Assembly (NCBI GenBank): GCA_042408215.1
Contig: JAYFMW010000026.1
Coordinates: forward strand, 162,020-226,019
Source of the DNA: Microcoleus sp.
Lineage (GTDB): Bacteria > Cyanobacteriota > Cyanobacteriia > Cyanobacteriales > Microcoleaceae
Reading direction: 5' to 3'
Length of the DNA: 64,000 nucleotides
Made by a program: the position numbers and the translations under genes. The notes beneath the pieces are model-generated. The model was not told where the DNA came from. It did no database searches and saw nothing but the letters and a program-made list of their open reading frames with translations. Below are positions 9,891 to 22,176 of this stretch, piece after piece; within the stretch, counting starts at the first letter, position 1; every line of letters starts with the position of its first letter.

Positions 9891-10431
9891 CGCAGCCAAA
9901 GGACACAACAGTGTTGTGTCCCTACAAATGATATTTATTTTACCATTTGTAGGAATATCGCACTGCCATGTTATTACAAAAAATAGGGATGGCAATTAAC
10001 AAAAAACGGTGCTTAGCGCAGCCAAAGGACACAACAGTGTTGTGTCCCTACAAATGATATTTATTTGCCATTTGTAGGGACACTCAAGCGTGCCCATTGG
10101 TGTCAACTTAAGCCTGAAAGCCCTGAGAAATCTGGTTTTTACCTGAGTCTAGATCCCCCTAAATCCCCCTTGAAGAAGGGGGACTATGATCGGACTCCTG
10201 TCCCCCCCTTCTTAAGTGGGGAGTAGGGGGCAAGAATGCGGGGGGATCTAGATTTAATAGTCAAACAACAGTCTCTGACTGGGTTTGACCTTAAGTTGAC
10301 ACCTATGGGCACGCTTGAGTGTCCTGAAGCCCGCGTGATACAAATGATATTTATTTTACCATTTGTAAAGACACGGCACTGCCGTGTCCTTACAACAAAT
10401 AGAGATGGCAATTAACCAAAAACTGTCCTTA
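9891..10431. repeat. Tandem REP-like units (GGACACAACAGTGTTGTGTCCCTACA family)
   Basis: Units start at 9891 and 10017; the second is interrupted by a TIR element; related hairpins at 54284-54430. Confidence 0.8.
10078..10324. mobile_element. MITE-like element with 35-bp terminal inverted repeats
   Basis: 10078-10112 versus 10290-10324 differ by one mismatch; contains a GATCCCCC...GGGGGATC repeat. Confidence 0.7.
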
Positions 10432-10457
10432 CAAATTGTGAATACCGTGTAGTTCGA

Positions 10458-10967
10458 TCAATCAAACTCATTCACAACTTGCAAATAGTCGATCGCCGCA
10501 TCTATCCTAGAAGAATACTTAAAAGCAAACTGATCGAACCAAAATCCCTCATCGGAATTCTTATTTAAATTCTTCAGCCAAACTTGAGCTTGTCTCACTT
10601 TCTCTCGGTGCGTTTGTACGTGGGACTGTTTCTGTACAACTTTTTCGGCTGGTGGCTGTTCCTGTTTAGCAAGCTCTTGAGCTTTATTTTGTGCTTCGTA
10701 CTCAGCCTTAAGCTGTTCCTGTTTAGCAACTTCCTGAACTTGATCTTGTGCTTCGTACTCAGCCTTAATTTGAGCTAAATCACTGTCAAAAGTACCATAA
10801 TCCAAAGTTTCACCGACAGTTTTAATTGTTTGACTTGAGGGGAACCATACTTGTTGGCCCGACGGTTCTGCTTTCACTGTCGGCTGGCTTTTCAACTGGG
10901 CAGATTTTTTTTGAGATTCTTGATATTCAGCCCTAAGTTCAGCTAACAAACGATCGATCGATTCCAT
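10458..10967 (-). CDS. Slr1339-like (salt-stress) protein
   Basis: AQ.WLK.L...S.EG.WF..FA..Y.SR..AAI.YL C-terminus; internal 19-aa duplication. Confidence 0.6.
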   Translation of the reverse strand: MESIDRLLAELRAEYQESQKKSAQLKSQPTVKAEPSGQQVWFPSSQTIKTVGETLDYGTFDSDLAQIKAEYEAQDQVQEVAKQEQLKAEYEAQNKAQELAKQEQPPAEKVVQKQSHVQTHREKVRQAQVWLKNLNKNSDEGFWFDQFAFKYSSRIDAAIDYLQVVNEFD

Positions 10968-11041
10968 AACTTCACCCCCCCTAAATAATGCTTCTGGGCT
11001 AGCGGGCACAAATACAGTCCCATTGAACTTCACCCCCCTAC

Positions 11042-11647
11042 TCAATCAGTTATTGCATTCAACAATACTTCCGTCAGGGTCATTCCTTCCATATCGTCGA
11101 TCGTTACAGTATCAACGATATCAAATTTAGCCCCGGCGCTTTGCAGTTCGTCATCCAATATCTTGAGAAACTTGGTAGCTTCCGGCGCATTTCCTACTTG
11201 AATGAAAGAAATCGCCAACTCTTCATCTCGATCGAGCTGACGCGAAGCCTCTATAATCGTTTTCATCACTTCTTTGCGATCGTCCGGTTCTCCGTCAGTC
11301 ACCACTAATATTGTTTCCCCATTTTGCTTCGTCTGACTGGATTTTTTTCGCTGAAAATAACTGTTCAGAGCATCTTGCAAAACGGCCGCCAAATTCGTAG
11401 TGCCCGAAGGTTCATTTTCAGAGAAAATTTGCACGACTTTAGCTGCTGTTACATTGTCGTACCGTTTGAAGCGACCGGAAAATAGATAAACTGTTATGCC
11501 GTCAGGATCGAGTTCTTCGCATTTATAGGCTAGTGCGATCGTCGATTCTTGCATAAGAGCCCACCGACTTTTACCGCCCATCTGGTCCTTCGTGTACATA
11601 CTGCCACTTTTGTCAATGATGATGGTATAATCGCGGTTCTGAAGCAT
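11042..11647 (-). CDS. von Willebrand factor A domain protein
   Basis: MIDAS DKSGSM, GTT.LA, VVTDGEP. Confidence 0.9.
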   Translation of the reverse strand: MLQNRDYTIIIDKSGSMYTKDQMGGKSRWALMQESTIALAYKCEELDPDGITVYLFSGRFKRYDNVTAAKVVQIFSENEPSGTTNLAAVLQDALNSYFQRKKSSQTKQNGETILVVTDGEPDDRKEVMKTIIEASRQLDRDEELAISFIQVGNAPEATKFLKILDDELQSAGAKFDIVDTVTIDDMEGMTLTEVLLNAITD

Positions 11648-11765
11648 AAAATTTTTCCTGTTAACTAAGTCTTTCCAAACAAGAACAAAACCAGCGAGCA
11701 GAAGCTGTTGAGCCTGAGTTGCTCGCTGCGTTTTTCAGTTGATTTGCGATCGAACTAAGCCGAAT

Positions 11766-12242
11766 TTAAGCCGCAACTAAAGCATCCTTAAGTGGCTTCC
11801 AGCTAAAAACTCGATCGCCCCCCATCTCTACTGCTATTTTAACTCGCGGTTCCAGAGTCGGCAAAACAGTCAAATATTCAACTTCCTGACTCGACAAAAT
11901 CTGCCCTTCAATAATCCAAAGCACCAATCCTTTTGCTTTTGGCGGCAAATTATCTAATTGAGTCTTCAACATCGGCGGCACGTAATATGTATAACCCACA
12001 GCCGCCTCATTGCCAATAGTTTTCTTGCCCAAATGCGGCGGCCGCACCCCGTGAACCCCCGTCAAATACATCGCCAAATCGCCCAAACCCCGGGCCGTAA
12101 TGTTGTACGCACCGTAGCCCGCAGCCCTCAGCCGGCGCAGGTAGCGCCCCTCAAATCCTCCCTCCAAGGGAACGTACAGGGCCAGAGACCCCGACTTTTC
12201 CAAATCCCGAATCATGTCCGAGCCTGTCGTAATCAATCCCAT
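11766..12242 (-). CDS. ndhN: NDH-1 subunit N
   Basis: LITTG..RDLEK.G.LA..VPLEGGFEGRY.RRLRA.GY, HGVRPPHLGK. Confidence 0.95.
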   Translation of the reverse strand: MGLITTGSDMIRDLEKSGSLALYVPLEGGFEGRYLRRLRAAGYGAYNITARGLGDLAMYLTGVHGVRPPHLGKKTIGNEAAVGYTYYVPPMLKTQLDNLPPKAKGLVLWIIEGQILSSQEVEYLTVLPTLEPRVKIAVEMGGDRVFSWKPLKDALVAA

Positions 12243-12343
12243 AAATTTGTGTTCCCTGCTGTATCAAATTTGGTCGATCGCCCAAGTGCGAGCTCAAATT
12301 ATTATAAATCTTTAAGCTGAGTCAAAAAAATCCGATCGAGGCC

Positions 12344-12373
12344 TTGACAAATTGCCAACACATCATCTACTGT
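12344..12373 (+). promoter_or_regulatory. Putative promoter of the ribosomal superoperon
   Basis: TTGACA-N18-TACTGT about 300 bp upstream of rplC. Confidence 0.5.
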
Positions 12374-12673
12374 TAGAGATCGTTGCCGTAAAGGATACTG
12401 AGTGGCTTGCTACTCAAGTCCAGGCACAAAAAAGCAAGATCGAAATAAATCTCGGAGACACAACAGCTAGAAGCCTGTGAATCTCAAAACTTGCAAGACT
12501 TCCACAAGCTCGCTCCCAAATTTAAAATTCTAATTTTAAACACCGAGTCAGGCTGTTGGTTGATAACAGTTAATTGCGGAAGCATTGAAATAAATGTTTC
12601 TGCACAAGAGCAAGCGGATTGACGTAAACTTCGCAATCCGAAACCTCTTGCGTAAATAAAAGGAAAAAAATCC

Positions 12674-13309
12674 GTGTCTGTAGGCATTCTTGGCACAAAA
12701 CTAGGCATGACTCAAGTGTTTGACGAGCAAGGGAGAGCAATCCCCGTCACCGTCATACAAGCAGGGCCTTGTACAGTAACTCAAATTAAAACAAAACCAA
12801 CTGACGGCTACAGTGCCGTTCAAATTGGATACGGCGATGTCAAGCCGAAGGCTCTCAACAAGCCAGAATTGGGACACCTCGGCAAGTCGGGGGCGACTCC
12901 ATTGCGCCACTTGCAGGAATACCGCTTGGAAGACACCAGTGCTTTTGAATTAGGTCAACAACTAAATGCCGATTCTTTTGCAGCCGGACAAATAGTAGAT
13001 GTGATCGGTACGAGCATCGGTAAAGGCTTTGCAGGCTTTCAAAAGCGCCACAACTTCAAACGAGGCCCGATGTCTCACGGTTCCAAGAACCACCGCGAAC
13101 CCGGATCGATCGGACCTGGAACCACCCCCGGCCGCGTCTATCCAGGCAAAAAAATGGCTGGAAGAATGGGCAACGTTCAAGTAACCGTCCGCAAGCTAAC
13201 AATTGTGCGGGTGGATACAGAGCGGAATTTGCTGCTGATTAAAGGAGCAGTTCCCGGTAAAGCAGGAGCCTTGGTCAATGTTGTGCCTGAGAAAAAAGTT
13301 GGGCGGTAG
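12674..13309 (+). CDS. rplC: 50S ribosomal protein L3
   Basis: [29 protein letters not shown]. Confidence 0.98.
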   Translation: MSVGILGTKLGMTQVFDEQGRAIPVTVIQAGPCTVTQIKTKPTDGYSAVQIGYGDVKPKALNKPELGHLGKSGATPLRHLQEYRLEDTSAFELGQQLNADSFAAGQIVDVIGTSIGKGFAGFQKRHNFKRGPMSHGSKNHREPGSIGPGTTPGRVYPGKKMAGRMGNVQVTVRKLTIVRVDTERNLLLIKGAVPGKAGALVNVVPEKKVGR

Positions 13310-13495
13310 TCAGCAGTCATTAGTCAGCAGTCATTAGTCATTAGTCATTAGTCATTAGATATTGCTGGGCATTGATTTAGTAATAACTAAGAGCTGAGAA
13401 CTAAGAGCTGAGAACTAACAACTAACAACTAACAACTGACAACAGACGTACCGCCAACAGACAACTAATAACAGACAACTAACAACAGACAAAGG
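13307..13495. repeat. Heptamer tandem repeats (TAGTCAT)n and (ACAACTA)n-like
   Basis: rplC-rplD spacer. Confidence 0.85.
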
Positions 13496-13504
13496 ACAAA
13501 AGAT

Positions 13505-14137
13505 ATGGTTAACTGTGTAGTGCGAAATTGGCAAGGCGAAGAAGTTGGGGAAACAACTTTAGAATTGCGCGTAGCCAAACAAGAAAATGCCTCTCACATC
13601 GTTCACAGAGCATTGACGCGACAATTGAATAACGCTCGTCAAGGAAATGCTTGCACCAAAACTCGATCGGAAGTTAGAGGCGGTGGCCGCAAACCTTGGC
13701 GTCAAAAAGGAACTGGCCGAGCCAGAGCAGGTTCTATCCGTTCTCCCCTGTGGCGTGGTGGCGGTGTGATCTTCGGGCCGAAACCGAGAGACTTTGAAGT
13801 CAAAATGAACAAAAGAGAACGCCGTCTCGCTTTGCGGACAGCATTCTACAGCCGTACAGAAGACTTGATTGTGGTGGAAGAATTTGCAGAGCAATTTCCG
13901 AGACCGAAAACCAAAGAATTGCTGAGTGCGATCGCCCGCTGGGGAATCGAACCAGATACAAAAGTTCTGTTAATCTTGCCAGAACCGCAACTAAACGTCT
14001 ACTTGTCTGGACGCAACATCGAATTGATGAACGTCATCTTGGCAACTTCCCTGAATGTTTATGACGTTCTTGCGGCTGACAAAATTATCGTCACATCGAC
14101 AGCCATAGCAAAAATTCAGGAGATTTACGGTGAGTAA
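13505..14137 (+). CDS. rplD: 50S ribosomal protein L4
   Basis: [24 protein letters not shown]. Confidence 0.98.
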   Translation: MVNCVVRNWQGEEVGETTLELRVAKQENASHIVHRALTRQLNNARQGNACTKTRSEVRGGGRKPWRQKGTGRARAGSIRSPLWRGGGVIFGPKPRDFEVKMNKRERRLALRTAFYSRTEDLIVVEEFAEQFPRPKTKELLSAIARWGIEPDTKVLLILPEPQLNVYLSGRNIELMNVILATSLNVYDVLAADKIIVTSTAIAKIQEIYGE

Positions 14138-14438
14138 AATCGATCCCCGCGACTACGCAGATTTGATCCAGCGTCCTATTCTCACCGAGAAAGCTACCCG
14201 GATGATGGAATTAAATCAATTCACATTCGACGTAGCCCCCAAAGCGACAAAACCTCAAATTAAAGCTGCAATCGAAGAACTGTTTAAGGTTAAAGTCACC
14301 GCAGTCAACACCCAAAACCCGCCGCGCAAAAAGCGTCGAGTTGGCAAATTCGTCGGTTTTAAACCTTGTTACAAGCGAGCCACCGTAACTCTGAGCGACG
14401 GAGACTCAATCCGCAAACTCCTATTCCCAGAAGTTTAA
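14130..14438 (+). CDS. rplW: 50S ribosomal protein L23
   Basis: PILTEKA, IK.AIE.LF.VKV..VNT; synteny. Confidence 0.97.
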   Translation: MSKIDPRDYADLIQRPILTEKATRMMELNQFTFDVAPKATKPQIKAAIEELFKVKVTAVNTQNPPRKKRRVGKFVGFKPCYKRATVTLSDGDSIRKLLFPEV

Positions 14439-14442
14439 AATT

Positions 14443-14603
14443 TAGGAATAGGTAATAGGTAATGGGTAATCGGTCATCGGTAATGGGTAATAAACAAGGA
14501 TGAAGGATGAATTCGGACTTCACAAATTCTAATTACTAATTACCAATTACCAATTACCAACTACCAATTACCAATTACCAATTACCAATTACCGATTATC
14601 AAA
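14443..14603. repeat. Inverted heptamer arrays (GGTAATN)n and (CCAATTA)n
   Basis: rplW-rplB spacer. Confidence 0.85.
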
Positions 14604-14605
14604 TT

Positions 14606-15469
14606 ATGGGCATCCGTTCTTACCGACCTTATACCTCCAGCACCCGCGAACACACCGTCTCGGACTTCGCTGAAGTTACCCGCTCAGAACCCGAAAAGTC
14701 TCTAACCAGTAATAAGCACACTAAACAAGGCCGCAACAACCGAGGCGTCATCACCTGTCGTCACCGGGGAGGCGGTCACAAACGCCTTTATAGAGACATC
14801 GACTTCCGCCGCGACAAACATAGCATTCCCGCTACCGTCAAGGCGATCGAATATGACCCCAACCGCAACGCCCGCATCGCCCTCCTGTTCTACAAAGACG
14901 GCGAAAAACGGTACATCCTTCATCCACTGAACTTAGCCGTCGGTACAGTGATTGTCTCAGGCCCAGACGCGCCGATCGAAATCGGCAACGCCCTACCCCT
15001 GAGCAACATCCCCCTAGGTACTGCTATCCATAACGTCGAGCTAGTACCAGGTAAAGGCGGACAAATCGTCCGTTCCGCCGGCTCCAGCGCTCAGCTAATG
15101 GCAAAAGAAGGTAGCTACGTTACCCTCAAACTGCCCTCCGGCGAACAGCGCAAAGTCCGCGCCGACTGCTACGCCACCATCGGTCAAGTCGGCAACATAG
15201 ACGCCAGAAACATCAGCCTCGGTAAAGCCGGCCGCACCCGTTGGAAAGGCCGCCGCCCAACCGTCCGTGGCTCGGTAATGAACCCGGTAGACCACCCGCA
15301 CGGCGGTGGCGAAGGCCGAGCTCCCATCGGGCGTTCAGGGCCTGTCACACCTTGGGGTAAACCAGCATTGGGTGCAAAAACCCGACGCAAGAACAAGCGC
15401 AGCGACTCTTTGATTGTCCGCCGTCGCCGCAAATCTTCCAAGCGCGGTAAGGGCGGCAGACAAAGTTAG
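14606..15469 (+). CDS. rplB: 50S ribosomal protein L2
   Basis: [29 protein letters not shown]. Confidence 0.98.
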   Translation: MGIRSYRPYTSSTREHTVSDFAEVTRSEPEKSLTSNKHTKQGRNNRGVITCRHRGGGHKRLYRDIDFRRDKHSIPATVKAIEYDPNRNARIALLFYKDGEKRYILHPLNLAVGTVIVSGPDAPIEIGNALPLSNIPLGTAIHNVELVPGKGGQIVRSAGSSAQLMAKEGSYVTLKLPSGEQRKVRADCYATIGQVGNIDARNISLGKAGRTRWKGRRPTVRGSVMNPVDHPHGGGEGRAPIGRSGPVTPWGKPALGAKTRRKNKRSDSLIVRRRRKSSKRGKGGRQS

Positions 15470-15569
15470 TCATTAGTCATTAGTCATTAGTCATTAGTTT
15501 GTATTTTTTGACTAATGACAACTGGTAACTGACAACTGACAACTGACAACTGAACTCATTGGAAAAATC

Positions 15570-15851
15570 ATGTCTCGTTCATTAAAAAAAGGCCCGTTTG
15601 TCGCAGACCACCTGATGACAAAAATCGAAAAACTCAACGCCGCTGGCCAAAAGCAACTAATTAAAACTTGGTCGCGAGCATCCACAATCCTGCCCCAAAT
15701 GGTAGGACACACGATCGCAGTTCACAACGGCAGACAGCACGTTCCCGTTTACCTCACCGACCAAATGGTAGGTCACAAACTAGGAGAATTTTCTCCGACT
15801 CGCACCTTTAGAGGTCACGCTAAAAGTGGTGATAAAAAGGCAAAAAGATAA
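15570..15851 (+). CDS. rpsS: 30S ribosomal protein S19
   Basis: [17 protein letters not shown]. Confidence 0.98.
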   Translation: MSRSLKKGPFVADHLMTKIEKLNAAGQKQLIKTWSRASTILPQMVGHTIAVHNGRQHVPVYLTDQMVGHKLGEFSPTRTFRGHAKSGDKKAKR

Positions 15852-15962
15852 AAGTCATTAGTCATTAGTCATTAGTCATTAGTCATTCAGCTTAGTGACT
15901 AAGAACTAAAGACTAATGCCTGGAGACAGAAGACTAATGACTGAGGAAAAAGGACTAATCTC

Positions 15963-16322
15963 ATGGCTATAGATACCACATCCGAAATTAAGGCGATCGC
16001 CCGTTACATACGGACATCCCCCTTCAAAGTGCGCCGAGTTCTCGACCAAATTCGCGGCAAAAGCTATCAAGAAGCGCTGATTTTACTCGAATTCATGCCC
16101 TACCGCGCCTGCGAGCCGATCGTCAAAGTTTTGCGCTCCGCAGTAGCCAACGCCGAACACAACGCAGGATTGGACAAATCCAAGCTAGTAGTGTCTCAAG
16201 CTTACGCAGACCAAGGCCCAGTCCTCAAACGCTTTAGACCCCGCGCTCAAGGTCGCGCCTATCAAATTCGCAAGCCCACCTGTCACATCACTGTGGTAGT
16301 AGCTCCGATCGCCGAAAAGTAA
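15963..16322 (+). CDS. rplV: 50S ribosomal protein L22
   Basis: [19 protein letters not shown]. Confidence 0.98.
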   Translation: MAIDTTSEIKAIARYIRTSPFKVRRVLDQIRGKSYQEALILLEFMPYRACEPIVKVLRSAVANAEHNAGLDKSKLVVSQAYADQGPVLKRFRPRAQGRAYQIRKPTCHITVVVAPIAEK

Positions 16323-16421
16323 ACAAGAGCACAGGTAATAGGTAACAAACTCCTAAAAGTTGATTACACAGGTAAATCCAATTACCAATTACCAACTACC
16401 AACTACCAAAGAGCAACTTTT

Positions 16422-17150
16422 ATGGGACAAAAAATACATCCAATTGGTTTTCGCCTCGGCATCACCCAAGAGCACCGCTCCCGCTGGTTTGCCGACGCGA
16501 GAAACTATCCCGAACTCTTGCAAGAAGACTATAAAATTCGCAAGTACGTCCGCAAAACCCTCAGCAATGCAGGCATCTCCTCGGTCAAAATTGAGCGGAA
16601 AGCCGATCAAATCGACCTAGAAGTGTTAACCGCTAGACCGGGCGTTGTCGTAGGCCGCGGCGGAGCAGGCATCGAAACCTTGCGAGTTGGCTTGCAACAG
16701 CAACTCGGTAGCAACCGCCAAATCCGCATCAACGTCGTCGAAGTTCAGCGAGTAGACGCCGATGCCACCCTGATCGCGGAATACATCGCTCAGCAACTAG
16801 AACGGCGCGTATCCTTCCGCCGAGTAGTCCGCCAAGCCATCACCCGCGCCCAAAAAGTAGGCATCCAAGGCATCAAAATTCAAGTCAGCGGACGCCTCAA
16901 CGGTGCAGAAATCGCCCGTACCGAATGGACACGCGAAGGCAGAGTCCCCTTGCATACATTGCGGGCAGACATTGACTACTCCTACTGCACCGCTCAAACC
17001 ATCTACGGCATCCTGGGGATTAAAGTTTGGGTTTTCAAAGGCGAAATTATTCCCGGACAGGAACAGGAGGCTGCACCAAATGCAGCAGTGCCTCGCACCA
17101 AACAAAAGCGCCGTCGCCAGCAATTTGAAGATCGATCGAACGAAGGCTAA
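16422..17150 (+). CDS. rpsC: 30S ribosomal protein S3
   Basis: [25 protein letters not shown]. Confidence 0.98.
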   Translation: MGQKIHPIGFRLGITQEHRSRWFADARNYPELLQEDYKIRKYVRKTLSNAGISSVKIERKADQIDLEVLTARPGVVVGRGGAGIETLRVGLQQQLGSNRQIRINVVEVQRVDADATLIAEYIAQQLERRVSFRRVVRQAITRAQKVGIQGIKIQVSGRLNGAEIARTEWTREGRVPLHTLRADIDYSYCTAQTIYGILGIKVWVFKGEIIPGQEQEAAPNAAVPRTKQKRRRQQFEDRSNEG

Positions 17151-17259
17151 CAGTTAATTGTTAGTTGTTAGCTGTTAATTGTCAATTGTTCCAAACCAAT
17201 TACCAATTACCAATTACCAATTACCAATTACCAATTACCAATTACCAACTTCCCCAGCC

Positions 17260-17679
17260 ATGTTAAGCCCTAAAAGAACAAAATTCCGCAAACAACAGCG
17301 CGGGCGAATGAGCGGTATTGCCACCCGCGGCAACACAGTTAGCTTTGGTGACTTCGCCCTCCAAGCCATCGAACCCGCCTGGATTACTTCTCGCCAAATA
17401 GAAGCCGGACGGCGCGCCATGACCCGCTATATCCGCCGGGGCGGCAAAATCTGGATTCGGATTTTTCCCGACAAACCAGTCACCCAGCGCGCAGCAGAAA
17501 CCCGGATGGGTTCCGGTAAAGGCTCACCTGAGTTTTGGGTGGCTGTCGTCAAACCGGGCCGGGTAATGTTTGAAATTGGCGGCGTTACCGAAGAAACCGC
17601 TCGCGAAGCAATGCGTTTGGCCTCCTTTAAATTGCCAATTAAAACCAAGTTCATCTCCCGCGAAGAAGACCAATCATAA
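17260..17679 (+). CDS. rplP: 50S ribosomal protein L16
   Basis: [19 protein letters not shown]; start after (CCAATTA)n. Confidence 0.97.
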   Translation: MLSPKRTKFRKQQRGRMSGIATRGNTVSFGDFALQAIEPAWITSRQIEAGRRAMTRYIRRGGKIWIRIFPDKPVTQRAAETRMGSGKGSPEFWVAVVKPGRVMFEIGGVTEETAREAMRLASFKLPIKTKFISREEDQS

Positions 17680-17689
17680 GGACACAATT

Positions 17690-18019
17690 ATGTCTTTGCC
17701 CAAGATTAAAGAAGCTAGAGATTTAAGCGATGCGGAAGTAGCAGAGCAAATTTTAGCCGTCAAGCGCCAACTAATGAACTTGCGGCTCCAGCAAGCTACG
17801 GGCCGCATGGAAAAGCCCCACTTGTTCAAGCACGCCAGACACCGACTAGCTCAATTGATGACTGTTGAACGGGAACGGCAAATCCTTGCTGATTTGGCTT
17901 TGGCACAAGAATTAGCCACAGCCAAATCGGAACAAGCAGCATCTGCTGCTGCTCGCGCAACGGCGGCCCCAACCGCAGCAGTCAGCGAAGAGTTAGAAGC
18001 AGCCACACCCGCACAATAA
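17690..18019 (+). CDS. rpmC: 50S ribosomal protein L29 with Ala-rich C-terminal extension
   Basis: LRLQQATGR.EKPH..K..R...AQL.TV; synteny. Confidence 0.93.
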   Translation: MSLPKIKEARDLSDAEVAEQILAVKRQLMNLRLQQATGRMEKPHLFKHARHRLAQLMTVERERQILADLALAQELATAKSEQAASAAARATAAPTAAVSEELEAATPAQ

Positions 18020-18046
18020 TCAGTTGCACAACAAAAATAGGTAGCT

Positions 18047-18295
18047 ATGGCAGTTAAAGAACGAGTTGGCGTAGTAGTCAGCGACAAAATGGACAAAACC
18101 GTCGTGGTAGCAGTAGAAAACCGCTCCTCCCACACCAAATACGGCAAAATCGTAGTCCGCACCAAACGGTACAAAGCTCACGACGAAGAAAATCAGTGCA
18201 AATCCGGCGATCGTGTCCGCATCACTGAAACCCGCCCCTTGAGCAAAACTAAACACTGGATGGTTGCTGAAGTTTTCGGGACAAAAAACGGTTAA
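18047..18295 (+). CDS. rpsQ: 30S ribosomal protein S17
   Basis: [20 protein letters not shown]. Confidence 0.98.
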   Translation: MAVKERVGVVVSDKMDKTVVVAVENRSSHTKYGKIVVRTKRYKAHDEENQCKSGDRVRITETRPLSKTKHWMVAEVFGTKNG

Positions 18296-18411
18296 CAGTT
18301 AACAGTTGACAGTTGACAGTTGGCGGTTGACAGTTGGCAGTTGGCAGTAGTAACCAATTACCAATTACCAATTACCAATTACCAATTACCAATTACCAAT
18401 CACCAATCACC

Positions 18412-18780
18412 ATGATTCAACCCCAGACATACCTCAATGTCGCCGACAATAGCGGAGCACGCAAAATAATGTGCATCCGCGTCTTGGGAGGCGGCAACCG
18501 CCACTACGGCGGAGTCGGCGATGTGATCATTGCCGTCGTCAAAGATGCCATCCCCAACATGGCAGTCAAAAAATCAGATGTCGTCCGGGCAGTCATTGTC
18601 AGAACCCGCAAAGGCCTGCGTCGCGACAGCGGCATGAGCATTCGTTTTGACGACAACGCCGCCGTCATTATCAACCAAGACGGCAACCCCAAAGGCACCC
18701 GCGTTTTCGGCCCCGTTGCTCGCGAACTGCGCGACAAAAACTTCACTAAAATCGTTTCCTTAGCCCCGGAGGTACTTTAA
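18412..18780 (+). CDS. rplN: 50S ribosomal protein L14
   Basis: [26 protein letters not shown]. Confidence 0.98.
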   Translation: MIQPQTYLNVADNSGARKIMCIRVLGGGNRHYGGVGDVIIAVVKDAIPNMAVKKSDVVRAVIVRTRKGLRRDSGMSIRFDDNAAVIINQDGNPKGTRVFGPVARELRDKNFTKIVSLAPEVL

Positions 18781-18781
18781 A

Positions 18782-19144
18782 ATGTACGGAAAAAAGGGTA
18801 AACCAACTAGCGAACCGCAGCGCCATAGAATGCACGTCAAAGCTGGCGACACCGTTCAAATAATTACTGGCAAAGAGAAAGGTAAAGTCGGAGAAATCTT
18901 AAAGACATATCCTAAAGTCAGCAAAGTAATTGTTAAAGGTGTCAACGTCAGAACTAAACACGTTAAGCCCCAGCAAGAGGGAGAATCGGGAAAAATCCTC
19001 ACATTTGAGGCTCCTATTCACAGCTCAAATGTCATGCACTACTCCGAAAAAGAGAAAGTAGCTAGTCGTGTTTGCTACACCTTTAGCGAAGATGGCCGCA
19101 AACTGCGACAGCTCAAAAAAACCGGAGAAATCCTCGATAATTAG
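18782..19144 (+). CDS. rplX: 50S ribosomal protein L24
   Basis: [20 protein letters not shown]. Confidence 0.97.
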   Translation: MYGKKGKPTSEPQRHRMHVKAGDTVQIITGKEKGKVGEILKTYPKVSKVIVKGVNVRTKHVKPQQEGESGKILTFEAPIHSSNVMHYSEKEKVASRVCYTFSEDGRKLRQLKKTGEILDN

Positions 19145-19276
19145 TCATTAGTCATTAGTCATTAGTCATTAGTCATTAGTCATTAGTCATTAGCTAACAA
19201 CAGACAACAGACAACAGACAACAGACAACAGACAACAGACAACAGACAACAGACAACAGACAACAGACAACAGACA
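19142..19276. repeat. Heptamer arrays (TAGTCAT)n followed by (ACAACAG)n
   Basis: rplX-rplE spacer consists almost entirely of repeats. Confidence 0.92.
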
Positions 19277-19320
19277 ATTCCCTGACCACGCCCAGGGACA
19301 GTTAAAGAAACCCAAAAACA

Positions 19321-19866
19321 ATGCCAGACAAACTCAAAGTTCTTTACCAAGAAAAGATTGTACCGAAACTGATGGAGCAGTTTAAATATACTAATATCCA
19401 TCAGGTACCCAAACTCGTCAAAGTCACCGTTAACCGTGGTTTGGGAGAAGCATCTCAAAATGCTAAGGCCCTAGATTCATCTATCAACGAAATCGGTATC
19501 ATCACAGGTCAAAAACCAGTGGTGACGCGGGCGAAAAAGGCGATCGCAGGCTTCAAAATCCGCAAAGGAGTACCCGTTGGTGTCATGGTGACCCTACGAG
19601 CCGATCGGATGTATGATTTTCTCGATCGACTAATCAACCTCGCACTTCCCCGGATCAGAGACTTTCGCGGCATCAGTCCCAAAAGCTTCGACGGACGCGG
19701 CAACTACAGCTTGGGCGTGAGAGAACAACTAATCTTTCCCGAAATAGAATATGACAGCATCGATCAAATTCGAGGCATGGACATTTCAATTATCACCACA
19801 GCAAACACCGACGAAGAAGGACGCGCCTTGCTCAAAGAAATGGGAATGCCCTTCCGGGACAACTAA
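19321..19866 (+). CDS. rplE: 50S ribosomal protein L5
   Basis: [21 protein letters not shown]. Confidence 0.98.
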   Translation: MPDKLKVLYQEKIVPKLMEQFKYTNIHQVPKLVKVTVNRGLGEASQNAKALDSSINEIGIITGQKPVVTRAKKAIAGFKIRKGVPVGVMVTLRADRMYDFLDRLINLALPRIRDFRGISPKSFDGRGNYSLGVREQLIFPEIEYDSIDQIRGMDISIITTANTDEEGRALLKEMGMPFRDN

Positions 19867-19888
19867 GCAGTAGAGTAAGGAGCAAAAC

Positions 19889-20293
19889 ATGGCAGCTAAC
19901 GATACCATAGCAGATATGTTGACGCGCATTCGCAATTCATGCATGGCGCGCCACCAAACAACACAAATTCCAGCTACAAAAATGACCCGTAGCATCGCCC
20001 AAGTCCTCAAAACAGAAGGCTTTATCAGCGAATTTGAAGAAGCAGAACCAGAAGGGATAAAGCGACATTTAGTGCTTTCTCTCAAGTACAAAGGCAAAAC
20101 TCGCAAGCCCATTATCACGGCACTTAAGCGAGTCAGCAAACCAGGACTGCGCGTTTACTCGAACCGTAAAGAATTGCCCAGAGTTTTAGGCGGAATTGGC
20201 ATTGCCATTATCTCCACCTCAAGCGGCATTATGACCGATCGAGAAGCTCGACGCCAAGGTTTGGGCGGCGAAGTGCTTTGTTATGTTTGGTAG
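19889..20293 (+). CDS. rpsH: 30S ribosomal protein S8
   Basis: [28 protein letters not shown]. Confidence 0.98.
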   Translation: MAANDTIADMLTRIRNSCMARHQTTQIPATKMTRSIAQVLKTEGFISEFEEAEPEGIKRHLVLSLKYKGKTRKPIITALKRVSKPGLRVYSNRKELPRVLGGIGIAIISTSSGIMTDREARRQGLGGEVLCYVW

Positions 20294-20415
20294 TCATTAG
20301 TCATTAGTCATTAGTCAATGGTCATTGGCAACCGACTCAAAAATCAATAACTAAGGACTAATAACTAAAGACTAATCATCCAGGACTAATAACTAAAAAC
20401 AAAGGACAAAAAACT

Positions 20416-20964
20416 ATGTCGCGAATTGGCAAGCGTCCGATTAGCATTCCCACGAAAGTCACCATCACCCTAGACGGTCAAAAAGTAGCCGTCAAAGGCC
20501 CTAAAGGTGAACTTTCACGAGTCATACCAGCAGAAATCCTGATGGGACTCGAAGGCGAGACTTTACTCGTCACGCGCCGAGACGAATCTCGCGTCGCCCG
20601 CCAACTGCACGGCTTGTGTCGCACCCTAGTCGCCAACATGGTCGAAGGTGTATCCCAAGGTTTTGTGCGCCGCCTGGAAATTATCGGTACAGGTTATCGG
20701 GCCCAGGTTCAAGGACGGAACCTGATTTTAAACGTCGGTTACAGCAAGCCCGTTGAAATGCCCCCTCCAGAAGGCATCACAATGGCAGTAGAAGGCAACA
20801 CCAACGTCATTGTCTCCGGCATTGACAAAGAACTCGTCGGCAATACAGCAGCCCGCATCCGCGCGGTACGTCCGCCTGAAGTCTACAAGGGCAAAGGCAT
20901 TCGCTACAGCGGCGAAGTTGTCCGGCGCAAAGCTGGTAAAACAGGCAAAACAGGTAAGAAGTAG
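20416..20964 (+). CDS. rplF: 50S ribosomal protein L6
   Basis: [20 protein letters not shown]. Confidence 0.98.
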   Translation: MSRIGKRPISIPTKVTITLDGQKVAVKGPKGELSRVIPAEILMGLEGETLLVTRRDESRVARQLHGLCRTLVANMVEGVSQGFVRRLEIIGTGYRAQVQGRNLILNVGYSKPVEMPPPEGITMAVEGNTNVIVSGIDKELVGNTAARIRAVRPPEVYKGKGIRYSGEVVRRKAGKTGKTGKK

Positions 20965-20966
20965 AC

Positions 20967-21329
20967 ATGAAGCTTACTCGCAAAGAATCAGTCCACCGCA
21001 GACACCGCCGCGTGCGACGCAAGGTGTTCGGCACTTCCGAACGTCCCAGGTTAGCGGTATTTCGATCGCAACAGCACATTTACGCCCAAGTCATCGACGA
21101 CTCCACCCAGCACACTTTAGCCGCCGCGTCAACCCTAGACCCGGAATTAAAGTCAGCTCTCAGTTCGGGAGCCAACTGCCAAGCCAGTGTGCAAGTAGGT
21201 CAGTTGATAGCCAAACGCTGTTCCAGCGCTGGCATAGCCAAAGTCGTCTTCGATCGCGGAGGCAACCTCTATCATGGTAGAGTCAAAGCCCTCGCAGAAG
21301 CAGCTCGCGAAGCCGGGTTAGACTTTTAG
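20967..21329 (+). CDS. rplR: 50S ribosomal protein L18
   Basis: RPRL.VFRS, VVFDRGG..YHGRV. Confidence 0.98.
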   Translation: MKLTRKESVHRRHRRVRRKVFGTSERPRLAVFRSQQHIYAQVIDDSTQHTLAAASTLDPELKSALSSGANCQASVQVGQLIAKRCSSAGIAKVVFDRGGNLYHGRVKALAEAAREAGLDF

Positions 21330-21483
21330 GAAGAAGGAAGTTCGGCAACGGATTATGTAACGGATGTAACGGATATCAGGAAGAAGGAAAAAAGAATCTA
21401 CAACAAAACTCTTAATTCCTAATTGTTAATTACCGAGTGCTGGCTGCGAGTTACTAATCTTCAATTCCCCAAAGGACAAAACT

Positions 21484-22026
21484 ATGGCAGAACAAAAAGA
21501 ACAGCGCAACAAGAAAAAAAGTAGCAACAAAACGCGCGAAAAAGAATCCGAATGGCAAGAACGAGTCGTTCAGATTCGCCGCGTTACCAAAGTAGTCAAA
21601 GGCGGTAAAAAACTCAGCTTCCGCGCCATAGTCATTATCGGCAACGAACGCGGTCAAGTTGGAGTTGGAGTAGGCAAAGCTAGCGACGTCATCGGTGCCG
21701 TTAAAAAAGGCGTCGCTGACGGCAAAAAGCACCTGATTGAAGTGCCCCTCACCAAAGCTAACTCCATCCCTCACCCCATCAACGGTGCTGGCGGCGGAGC
21801 CAAAGTCATGATGCGGCCGGCATCTCCCGGAACAGGCGTAATTGCAGGGGGAGCAGTGCGAACTGTTCTCGAACTAGCAGGAGTCCGCAACATCTTAGCC
21901 AAACAGCTAGGTTCAGGAAATCCTTTAAACAACGCTAGAGCCGCAGTCAACGCCCTATCAACTCTTCGCACCTTATCCGAAGTTGCTCAAGAGCGCGGAA
22001 TTCCAGTAGAAAACCTCTACGGTTAA
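21484..22026 (+). CDS. rpsE: 30S ribosomal protein S5
   Basis: [17 protein letters not shown]. Confidence 0.98.
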   Translation: MAEQKEQRNKKKSSNKTREKESEWQERVVQIRRVTKVVKGGKKLSFRAIVIIGNERGQVGVGVGKASDVIGAVKKGVADGKKHLIEVPLTKANSIPHPINGAGGGAKVMMRPASPGTGVIAGGAVRTVLELAGVRNILAKQLGSGNPLNNARAAVNALSTLRTLSEVAQERGIPVENLYG

Positions 22027-22176
22027 GGGCCTTAGAACGGGACAGTGTAAGTTTTGAGTATTCAGTATTGAGTTTTGAATAAAGATTTTTTTAACTCAAA
22101 ACTCAAAACTCAAAACTACTACGAACCTGTTCACCAATTACCAATTACCAGTTGCCAATTACCAATTACCAACACT

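Noticed and set aside
9891..10431. Repeated ~50-bp units as a CRISPR array
   Set aside because: Only 2-3 units, no unique regular spacers, no cas genes; they are REP/MITE-like.
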